Assembly: GCA_965235115.1 (NCBI GenBank) | Contig: OZ249436.1 | Location: 11,658,001-11,722,000 of the forward strand | DNA: 64,000 nucleotides | Direction: 5' to 3' | Origin: Laetmonice hystrix | Taxonomy: Eukaryota | In this document: positions 1 through 11,300 of the stretch, one piece after another | Layout of the letters: the number at the start of each line of letters is the position of its first letter | How positions within the stretch are numbered: position 1 is the first letter of the stretch | Made by a program: the position numbers and the translations under genes | Notes under the pieces: model-generated | Told to the model about the DNA's origin: nothing | Databases searched by the model: none | Seen by the model: the letters and a program-made list of their open reading frames with translations, nothing else

Positions 1-74
1 ATGTGTACATGCAAACATATTGGCAGCTGTAGCACGAATTACTTTGCCATATAATATCGTACTTTTTGTACATA

Positions 75-303
75 AAGGGTGACCCAGCAAAATTCAGGAT
101 GGGAGTTTACATAGTACTTCTAAGTATTGTTCATAATAATTAATTTCAACCCTTTTCTACACACAGACCTGTACATATAATGTGTGTACACATTTACCAC
201 ATAGGAGCGTTCGTTTACGACATTAGTACTCTCTTTGCTCCCCAAAATTTAATATGTAATAAATCATGAAATATTCCATCCAGAATTTTGCTGGGTCACC
301 CTT
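75..303. mobile_element. Tc1/mariner-type MITE
   Basis: TIRs of about 28 bp, AAGGGTGACCCAGCAAAATTC(A/T)GGATGG (1 mismatch), flanked by TA on both sides. Confidence 0.75.
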
Positions 304-630
304 TATTTCCAGCAATTTGTGTATAAATCTGTGTACTGAGTCTAAGGTTCTGCGCAGAAGCTTGGTTACTGTTCGTACGGTAGGTTCAACAGAACGGCTC
401 AGATGGCTATGATTGAGTAATTTGTGGTAGATTTTGGTTGACCACCAGGAAAAGTTAACATACAGATCTTACCGTAAGGTGTTAGGTATAACTACCTGCG
501 TGGCTAGTATTTCTCATTGATGAAAACTAAGATTTCAAGAAGTTTTCTCAAGAAGCTTTAAGGTTTGTAACATGGAATAGGCATTTATTACTAAGGCAGT
601 GTCCAATATACCGTTACTGTGCTACCTTTA

Positions 631-860
631 AGCCCTGAACCCACTATGCGATTTATGCCTTGCGACACCAGTCGCAAGCCTTGCGACACCAATCGCAAGC
701 CTTGCGACACCAATCGCAAGGCTTGCGACACTAATCGCAAGGCTTGTGATAATATCAAACATGTTTGATATTTCCCCGTCTTGTCGCAAGCCTTGCGACA
801 GGCTCGTCGCAAACGTTGCGAGGAGCCTATCGCAAGGCATCGCATAGTGGGTTCAGGGCT
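631..860. mobile_element. PIF/Harbinger-like MITE with internal 21-bp repeats
   Basis: Perfect 22-bp TIR AGCCCTGAACCCACTATGCGAT; flanks TTA/TTC; interior of TCGCAAGCCTTGCGACACCAA units. Confidence 0.7.
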
Positions 861-3399
861 TTCGTCACAGAAGTTTTATGGTGTTTAGTAAACAGTGCTA
901 TCTTATGGATAGAAATCTCCTTAACGACAAATCTTTAATATTCTGGTAATATTAAAAGTCCGGTCATAAAATGTGTCATGAACCCATAAAAAAAGTAGTT
1001 GTTTCCTCCGTTTAAAAATATTAGTATTTAGAAATAGCGAGAGAACGCTGGTCAATGTTCATATTATATGCTACTGTACAGTAGTACGACATGCTACGAC
1101 TAGAAATAATGAGTTGTCCAGGACCTGTCTTCTGGCCGGTGGTTAGTGTCCGAGACCTGCCCCAGGCACCGATAGGTAGCTTTGTGAAGACCTAACCCAC
1201 TAGGTCGTCAATATCATGTTAAAACTGACTCGTCACAATCACAATACTCAGTTGCTCTTTTCACAAGCTGCTGTGATTCATTCAAAGGAATGCATTTAAT
1301 GGCAACCAAATGATCTAACCATTTCCTTTTTTGTTTTGCTTTGTTGAAGTGAATGCAAGGTAATAGGTTTCCAGTTATGATCAGCACAATGACCATTGAC
1401 AAACACAATGACCATTGACAAACACATCATGCAGAGATATTTAAAGAAATTTAATGGTCATGTAAATGCAGTCGTTAGCCAGGACGTGGTGTGGGTGTTA
1501 AATATAGCTCTTCGTCTATGTTTCTGTACATACATTTAGTTGCTATATTCGTCTTCAAACATAACTATCAGTATTTTGAAAGGAAAAATATGCTGTAAGT
1601 GTGTTTGAAATAATGTATAAATAAATGCTCCAATATAACAAGTGCCAAGACTCATCAGCACCCTATTTAACTGATTTTTTTCATGTTAATACACTATACA
1701 GTAAAGATGAGAACGAATTTATAAACGTGCCATATGAGGGCATGAGAAAAGAATTTTTAATGCCGGATTAAGACGTCATACTCGGAGAGATAACTGCTGA
1801 TCACACACCAACTCCAGTTCAAGTGTCGGAATCGCGCACTGAGCAGACAGTCTCACCTGTACATGGGATGGAAAATGGTGAATACTACGGGCCAGGTCAT
1901 GGCCGCTTGATAAAAATGGTCCAGGTCAGCATCATTATGGCATGCAGAATCACCGACCGCGTGTTAAGATGACCCCTGTGCAAACATCTTTCCTTACCCA
2001 GGGACTTCCAGGGTGGTGGTTGTCCTTTTCAAAATGTGCCGGACGGGGGTGCACACCATCCCTTAGTCGGCCAAAAAAATAAAACGGAGAAAAAATAAAT
2101 TGTACATGAATGATTAAAGCGAATGTTATTGCATCTATTTCTGTTTTCTAAGTGGATGGGGTTGTAGCCACCTTGACGAAATTTTGAGCCCACCTTTGTT
2201 CGAGATGTCAGGCGGCTGATGTCGGGTGGCTGATATTTCAAAAGTGTTTCACTCAAAATGACATTTAAAGTGCGTTCGAATGTGTTGCCCTGTTTTGGTT
2301 GAGTGTTATGGATAGGTACCCAGTCATCATTCTTGTCAATTTTGGACACTTACTATTTAAGTAGGTCTCAGCCATTGCCTTGATAATATATGTTCATAAT
2401 GTTTAAGATCTTTAAAGAAGACTGATTTAATGTCTACAACCCTCAGTCCAGACATCTGATCTGAGACAACGTTTGTAGGAAAGGCAAGGCATTGAATGGG
2501 GAGACGCTTTCATTCAACCTTTAAAAGAAATTTATATAAATCAGCAATTGTTAATTAAATGCTTGCCAAGATTTGCTGAAGTGTTGGCCCCATTGGGCTG
2601 ACATTGAGGTTTAGCTTCGCAAACTTTTTCTGCCCTTCTTTGTTCGCCCATTTTCAAAGCCGTCTGAGTATTACAGTTCTGTACTGAATCATGCCGTCGG
2701 AAATTGACGTTTGAGGTGGAACAGATAGGCACGTTCATGGTTGTTGGTCAGGTACATTAAAAGGCCGACATTGAGGTATCCTCTGTTGATTTGGTGATAG
2801 ATCATAGCCACATCAGTCAACAAACCCAAAGCCGTCACAGCCCAAGTGTTTCTTGTGAATCTAGGGTGTAACATAAAGGATCAAAGGTAATTTGATAGCT
2901 GATAGTATCGTATCTACTCCAGGTGCTATGGCTGGAAAAGTCTCTCACTTGCTCCAGTGAAATAGGATTGCTGATCATTTCTCCCGCCTTATCCATATCA
3001 TGAGCTGACTTTCTGGTCACTGTGGTAGTTATCTTTTACTAAATGATGGATACGAGGTTGGCTTTCTTAAGGAATTTTAAAGTGAACAAATATTTTAAGG
3101 TTCAAGATAAACTCAAAATTCTGTCACCTAAAGAATGTGGTCCTTAATCATTGCAGCATATATCTTTGAATCAAGTTTTGATAAATGCCGGTGTGTTAAA
3201 CCCCCTTTACAATCACGAACGTTTACAAGTACGAACATGTTACAAAAGAGACTTGATTTTCGTGTTGACATAAAACATTGATATCTTAGCGTCAGAACAG
3301 CCGTCAGAGTGAAGGTGTATCTATATGTATGCATTTACAATTAGTATCTCCTTTTGAACTAGTCTAATTAAAGTGGGTAATGGTGGATGTGTGAGGAAG

Positions 3400-4196
3400 C
3401 CTAATTAAGATTCCTGATTATTTAGAGTGCAAAGCAATAAACTTAAAACGGTTCTGTAGATGTCTGATGATGTTATAAAATAAATGAAAAAAGATCCATC
3501 CAAATGAGCAGATGTAGGACTTAAAGTTCTTGAATTCAGGTAATTTTTTGCTGATGTATCAGTTCAGAAAAATATCTTTCAGGTGATAGCAATAATACAT
3601 GTAGGTGAATATCTATAGGTTAAGTCCACTGTTAAATCTATCTTCTTCTACATCCCAGTATGAAATGGAGTTTTGGATCACGCAGGTCTTCGCACCCCCC
3701 CCCCCCCACACACACACAAACTAACTTTTCCTAGCGGCCTAAAAGGTCAAATGTCTCTTGAAATACAGGCCTACCTCATTCTGGAAAGAAAAGACCCTAA
3801 TTAAGATTCCTGATTATTTAGAGTGCAAAGCAATAAACTTAAAACGGTTCTGTAGATGTCTGATGATGTTATAAAATAAATGAAAAAAGATCCATCCAAA
3901 TGAGCAGATGTAGGACTTAAAGTTCTTGAATTCAGGTAATTTTTTGCTGACGTATCAGTTCAAAACAATATCTTTCAGGTGATAGCAATAATACATGTAG
4001 GTGTATAATATCTATAGGTTAAGTCCACTGTTAAATCTATCTTCTTCTACATCCCAGTATGAAATGGAGTTTTAGATCACGCAGGTCTTCGCACCCCCCC
4101 CCCCCCCACACACACACAAACTAACTTTTCCTAGCGGCCTAAAAGGTCAAATGTCTCTTGAAATACAGGCCTACCTCATTCTGAAGAGAAAAGACC
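3400..4196. repeat. Tandem duplication of about 396 bp
   Basis: 3400-3795 is repeated at 3796-4195 with only a few substitutions and indels. Confidence 0.95.
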
Positions 4197-5379
4197 CCCC
4201 CCCCCCCATTGAACTAGGCATCGGCGCCTCTGACAGGTGAGAGGTCCTGTGGTCACGAGCCGGAAGCTTAGACACGAAGCCCCCCCCCCCCCCCCCGATA
4301 TAGATTTTGGAAATGTAGGCTGAAAGTCTTACTATTCAAAATGGTTCGAGTAGGCGAGAAAACGCGCATCAGGTTGCCAGTGCCATAATTCTTCAGCATA
4401 GATTCTTCACCCTATGTTTAATGATGTGTCATTTTAAAGTAGCATTTCTCTAAATGTTGACGGAGTCCTTATTTAGGGGAGTTTCAGTGGAATGAAGTAA
4501 TTGCGGTACCGGGGGTACTTGGTTTGTTAAAGTTTATGTAGGTTTGTACAGTCTAAAGGTAGTACTAGCTTCTTTTCACGAATTATTCAGTGTACAAGAG
4601 CTATCATCAGTTTGGTAGAAGACTAATCTGGAAGATTCTGGAAGTGTTGCCCCCGTTATCCTATATTTAGACTATTGTTCCGCCAGGTAGATTATAAAAA
4701 AATGAAAACTCTCACTCAAACACTTGGATCCATTACTGTGGTGAACCTTTCTAGGACTTCTCCTTTAAGAGTATTTAGATGGTATTGTGATGAGTCAACT
4801 GGAATATGATGTCGAACTCTTGCTCAGCGGTTTCATCACAGCTCATTTGTTGCATCGTCCAGACAACAGGTACCGGGAGGGTTTGTTCCGGAACTGATCC
4901 TGTAATTAAGTTGGTTTATTTGGGGGGGGGGGGGGGTGTTGCAAACATAAATTCCTCCCAATGACCCGTGTTTTAAGTAGTCGTGCCAAACAGGCATGAC
5001 TGCATGAAAAACAGACACAGCAACTTGACGTTGATAATAAGGAGGTATCTGATCATAACGACTTGTAAACTTCAGAACGGTTGGCTCGCCAACACCGGTC
5101 GCCAGCAACTGCTGGAGGTGGGTGTGAACTTTGCCCGTACTTCAGCAGTCGGGCGGTCGGTCCGTATTTGTCTTGTCCGCCTCAGTTGTCATCCGTTCTT
5201 TTTGAGGAGGCAAGGCATTGGGCTGAGTCATCAAGCGTAGCAGCACGGTACTGGCTGTACAGTCATATAGTCAAACGTCAGCGGCGAGTGTTGTCAGTGT
5301 GACTTCTGCAGTGGTGACGACTGCACCAGTGTCTTACGCCGTCTTTATGATGTGTGGGCTTGAAGCAGCACCTGCAAGC

Positions 5380-5439
5380 ATGGCACAGACCAGTGGCAAA
5401 TACAACATCAGGTCTCCGTGGCACTGGATGCTCCGTAAG
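5380..5439 (+). CDS. Candidate further-upstream Maf exon (MAQTSGKYNIRSPWHWMLRK)
   Basis: ATG followed by AAG/gtatag donor, phase 0, in frame with both 8300 and 13817. The donor is weak and no homology was recognised. Confidence 0.3.
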
Positions 5440-7254
5440 GTATAGTGAGGCTAAGTGATCGTTACTTCATGTGGCCATCCTCTTGCTTTCCGTGAACGAT
5501 TTTCAATTACTTGTCGCCGGATATCTAGGTTCGAGGGAGATTATCTTGTGACATCTACACATGCCCGGGCAGGGCTGTAGTCAGATGTTGATTGGGGGGG
5601 GGGGGGGGGGGGGGGGTACAGAAATAGTAATTGTGTGGTGGACATTCTTGATGACCATATTATTGATGACCAATCAAGGTTTTTCTTTGCCACGGGGGGG
5701 GGGGGGGGGGTACAGATACCCCCCCCCCCCCCCAAAAAAAAAAAAAAAATAAATCCTGACTACGGTCATGTATGGTGACTTTTCATCCTGAATGTTTAAG
5801 ACACCTGTAACACTGTTTTAGAGACAAATATTTTATGAAGGTATTTTTGATCGACATAGACGTTTAGTAATCCTGATACGTAGACTTCCCGCTGTAGCCG
5901 TCAAGTTTAGGATAAGGTGGATATCACATGACTCTACCTGCCATATCGCTGCATGTTTGAGATTTGTTGTCAGTGCACACAATAGGGGGATTTCATGGTA
6001 CTGCCCGTACCTTTGCACTGTCAGCAAGTATGATGTCACCACCAGGTGAGATATTACACAATGGATGATCAACCAGGGGCATACCTGTGCTTCCGCTACC
6101 AGCGGGTCTCCAAGCCCTGGCAGGGGTCAGGCCGGACAATGGCAATAGGTTATTAAATAGTAAACTTTGCTGCAATGTACCTTTTGTGTTGAGCAGTGTG
6201 AGAAGCACGGGAGGGCCCCTAGCAGCTGTTACTGGTCGTGCTGATGTCATGGCTGTTTGTAGGCTCAGTTGGCCTCTGAACCCCGCCTGAGCATGTGCAG
6301 TGATGGTGGTGATGCGATGACTGGGCAAACTTGGGACAAGAGCCACCGGGACCAAAGGAGTACGACCTTGTTAACCAGACAAAATGCACCAGTCAGGCAT
6401 TTTATGAGTGTTTTGGATAACGTTTTATTGCCATTGTAATGTTGTTGTTTGGTCTAACTTTTTATTTTAATCATCATTTGATTTCAATTTTTAAATCATT
6501 AGTTGGGGTATAAAGTTGCAATGGTAAGCACAAAGTATTTATTAATCGGTAATGGAGTCGAGCGACTGGTGTTAATCCTCCGAATTATTACTTGTATGAC
6601 TGAACACAAACGTTTAACGCCACCAGACTAGAACTAGAATATTTTTTGGGACTAATTAGTCTGAAAGAAGTGCACGAGAAGACGCTAACCGTGCTAATAT
6701 TTTGTGGGACCCATGACAAGAGGATCTCAGTAACCATATACCGATAAAGGTGGATAGATGTGGATAAACAGTTCCAACTAAACATTTTTATTATGTTGAC
6801 GCGTGTACGCATAATGATAACTATAACCTAGCCTAATACTAGGGTTGATATCTATACGTCGGCCTGTATTCTCTGTGATTTATCGACTGGGGATTCCCTT
6901 ATGCAATAGTTTGGGGTGATGACACATGCGAGGATCTTGTCATTTTGGAGGTAGGACGTTATTTTCAGGAAAGTCGAAGCGCCGAAAAAACCAGCTAATC
7001 ACTCCAGGAAAAGACTGAACAAGAACTTGAATCAGCACAAAGGGCGTTGTGACTTTTTGGTCAGAAGAAGACGTTCATCGCCCGCCTCCCTATGGAAGAC
7101 ATTAGGTCTAATTTTAATTGTCCTCCCGTATTTGGGGTGCCGTTTGCACTTGTTTCTACGACCGTATCTGATGTGAAAGGAATTCCGGAATGCGTGCGGT
7201 GGCGTCAGACAGTGCCGATGTTCAGAGTTTTTTAGCAGGTGGTAGGGACAAATC

Positions 7255-7782
7255 AATCAGTGAACCAGGCTGTGAAAGTGGACTTGCCATCTGATCACCC
7301 AGTACTGCAGGTTAATCAGTGAACCAGGCTGTGAAAGTGGACTTGCCATCTGATCACCCAGTACTGCAGGTTAATCAGTGAACCAGGCTGTGAAAGTGGA
7401 CTTGCCATCTGATCACCCAGTACTGCAGGTTAGTCAGTGAACCAGGCTGTGAAAGTGGACTTGCCATCTGATCACCCAGTACTGCAGGTTAATCAGTGAA
7501 CCAGGCTGTGAAAGTGGACTTGCCATCTGATCACCCAGTACTGCAGGTTAATCAGTGAACCAGGCTGTGAAAGTGGACTTGCCATCTGATCACCCAGTAC
7601 TGCAGGTTAATCAGTGAACCAGGCTGTGAAAGTGGACTTGCCATCTGATCACCCAGTACTGCAGGTTAATCAGTGAACCAGGCTGTGAAAGTGGACTTGC
7701 CATCTGATCACCCAGTACTGCAGGTTAATCAGTGAACCAGGCTGTGAAAGTGGACTTGCCATCTGATCACCCAGTACTGCAG
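7255..7782. repeat. 59-bp minisatellite, 9 copies
   Basis: Unit AATCAGTGAACCAGGCTGTGAAAGTGGACTTGCCATCTGATCACCCAGTACTGCAGGTT, essentially identical copies, no spacers. Confidence 0.97.
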
Positions 7783-8314
7783 TTTTTAACATTTATCTTA
7801 GAGAAAAACCTACAAATTTAGGTGATGTTTTAGGTGAGAGACACTGACTTTGCTTGCCTGAAACAACTTCTCCACCATGCTTGAGCCATACTTGGTCAGA
7901 AACTGTCTAAGGGTATTGACACAGATTTGTATCGTCTCTTGTAAAGGATTAAGACGTTCTATTGAACAGAAAGTCCTTTACTCCAATTAAAGCGTTTCGA
8001 TCTGCCTGTAGAAAGTTTGGAAGGATTTCACTCAAAGCTTTCGTTGTCTAAAGGAAGCCCTTTGTACGTAAAGCTCAATCAACGTTCAGCCCACACAGGA
8101 CCTGCATACAGATGTTTGACCGTCAAAATTCTGTCGATCATTGGGGTTCGCTTGGAATGGCAAAACCGGTCCCGAAATGAATACATTATCTTTGATGTTT
8201 TTGACATTCAGGATCCAATGGTGACATAGCCCTTGAAGAGACAATCAATATTTCAGATGACAAAGTGATATTGAAAGAACAGTTGTTTGCTATTTGCAGG
8301 AGCAGTCGGTAATA

Positions 8315-8395
8315 ATGCATCCGGTCGGTGGGAACAGCTACGTACCTCACTCACCGCCACTTCCTACCGTGCAAAACGACGAGCCTCTCAACTTG
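8315..8395 (+). CDS. Small Maf upstream coding exon ([27 protein letters not shown])
   Basis: Exon 8300-8395 is bounded by tatttgcag and gtgagt. 27 codons from ATG, phase 0, matching the bZIP exon. Confidence 0.7.
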
Positions 8396-11300
8396 GTGAG
8401 TTTTTGTTTGTTCTTCTAAGTTTTATGAGGCATTTTTTTTAACCTGACCAGGATGATATTTTGTATAAATTCTATGTTATTTTCTCTCAGCTTTGAACAA
8501 GACAAACCTGACTCGAACTGCTTTCACCAACTTGATCAGAAAGCTATCTACGGAATCGCCTCAACTTTTTCTCGGGCATGAGCAGTTTTCATAATCTTTC
8601 ATCCCCAAAAAGATGAATAGAGTCTTAGGGACATGACCATTCCTGTTCAGCCCAGAAAGAGGTTAAATATTTAGCGTTACACTCAAGGAGAGAAAAGCGA
8701 TTTCATCACAAAAGAAATCACATTCCACCGCAGAGGTGAACTATTGAATTATGATTAGTTGGACCTCTTCAATGAAACAGTTTATTTATAATGTCACGGG
8801 ACAGCAAGCCGTCTTTTTTTAATACTGTTGCAACTGTGAACAAACGTAACAACCTGTTTTGAAGTAAGCAGCAGTAACTGCCCTTGGGCATCATATCTCG
8901 TGGTACAAGTTCATGAAAACTTGCACAAAACCATCATATTGCTGAGGTCGATGCCTTTATGTGGTCAAAGTCGTCCACGTATTCTAGGATGGCAGGTAGA
9001 TATACCGGATTTGTCACGCAGTTAGTAAGCTTGCTACCAAACGGAAATGCCCTGTGGACAGAAACACCAACAAGAGAATCCTTTTGACCACACTGTCTGC
9101 AAGAAATGTGACCTGCCCTGACCTGTGTTAGTTGAGGAATGATGTCGAGAACCTGCACTCTATACTTTGAGACGGCTGTCCTTCTAACTCCCATGACCTA
9201 GCAATTTTTCAAGGTTGTGCAAGGATGCGACGACGTCTTCTGGCTGATTGATTTCTTCAGTACAGGCCTACATGTCTTTTACCGAGTGTTATTTATTGAG
9301 ATATCAGTCATTCAATGATACATGTTTATTATAAATCCAGAGTCAGTCCTGCAACCTGTGGCTAACTTGGAGTATAACTACCTTGCAGTATGGTCCCGTG
9401 GAATGTATTTTGACACAGAACTTGTAGGCACACGTATGTCTTGGTGACTGTAAGTCTGTTAGTGTTATTAATTACTATGAACGATACCTCCGGGACAAGC
9501 CGTAGGTTTGAAACAGTCATCAGCATTAAGTCCTTTGTCCGGTGCACATATGTAACTACAGTATTAATTTGTTTCCCAATTTATTCATGGATAACGGCAT
9601 GAGTTCCAGCATGATAACTAGTAGTGTGAGTAGAGGCCAGAGAGGTATAATTATAATTTTCCCTGAGACTCTCATAAACTTTGTAGGTCTAATGCATGAA
9701 TATTTTCGCTCCGCCGTCCCCTTGCGATCATTTACCAGTACTCCTGCATATACCACATTATACAATATGTGCGCCCACATAATGTATAATTTGGGAAAAT
9801 CAATATGAAAAGATAATTCTGTATTCTGATGTTTCTAGTGAAAAATATTAATACCCGGTATGCGTAGCGTAGGCTTAGGTACCAGTATTTTAGCAACCCC
9901 CGGGGCCTGCTTACTGTGCAGACTTCAGAACAAAGACAGTGCCTACTGGTATCAGCCACATTTGATGAGTCACCAAATAAGCATTTTGCTGGAGGAAGAA
10001 AGAAAAAGACTGTGGAAGTACCCACAGCACCGTTCACTTGTTTAAACACACAGGGTCTGGTGTGTGACACTTAAAACTCAGCCCAGAGCCGCAGGACACT
10101 AAATATGTGCTCACTGCACCTTGTCACATACACCAACACACAACAGAACCCGTTGATGCTTTCAAGTACCTTTTTACAGTTATAATTTCGGGGGGGGGGG
10201 ATAGTTTCTTGTTCAATATATTGTTGGTTATAATTTTAAGGTAGAAGCAATGGTAGGTTGTCATTAGGCCTAAGTGCATGGATTGGTGTGATTTTTGTCT
10301 TATCGGTCCTAGGGCTGTATAACTGTAGAGCTAGTGTTTTCATGTACCCTTGAAAAAAACGGAAATCTTATCAGAATCAGTAAATACACCGTATGTGAGA
10401 AAATGCAAATTAATTACTCCCTCCATCGCGCATGGGTAGTGCCAGATTATCATGAAGTAATTCTATGTCTACCGATAGTGCTCTGGTAATGTTAACTTAT
10501 GGTGATTGACGTGAGGCAGTGACCAACAGGTACGATTATAATTCGGTAGCCTTCTTTGAACCTGGTATGATCCTGTGAACCCAGGTTTAGGTTACTCAGA
10601 AAGTAGGTTGGATGGTACACTGAACGCTTGAACAGCGCTGACGGGTTAGTGTACCATTCAGCAGACTAGTGCACCGCGTGTGTCACGGTGGTCAGCAGCA
10701 ATACCCCAAAGATGGGGGCCTGTCTCTCCATGCCAGCTGGCTGGTCTGGCACACCAGCACTGCAGCCCTTGTGACTGAGTCATCTGTGCCAACCAGGACA
10801 CTACAGACTGATGAGATGGTATGCACATGCCATGACAGATGCCAACTACAATATTTTGTAACTGGTTTTTATCATTATAACACTCGGTTATGATAGCAAC
10901 ACGTATGTAAATCTGCCTAACAAACGATTTCAACACAGGGTAAGATCAGCTGCCGACCCCGCCCTCTCCATAAAAAATAATAATAAAATAAATTTTTAAA
11001 CACCCATATGTAAATCTGATGCCAGAACAAAATTTGAGAAAATTGAATTCGTATTTGTAGAGATTTAAACCCGCAGAATTGTTTTACTAGCGTCTGTTTT
11101 ATGGTAATACTTGCTTGGAATGCTCATGCTTGAAGGGTTGGGCAAGTGTTTCAGAGAACAGTCGGGTCACATTTTGTGTCCCGGAATAGGCGTGAATCCT
11201 GGAGGCAGGGCATGTACTACCGTTTTGTTCACTCGACTGTTGATAATGGATGGGAAGAACGCCCTCATGGCATATCAAACCTGTATGACAACACCTTGAT

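Noticed and set aside
591..845. ORFs with RLVSQGL or LAIGVAR repeats
   Set aside because: Translations of the 21-bp internal repeats of a MITE.
7255..7782. CRISPR-like array
   Set aside because: Units are contiguous with no variable spacers, there are no cas genes, and the context is eukaryotic. The same applies to the 41-, 42-, 46- and 58-bp arrays.
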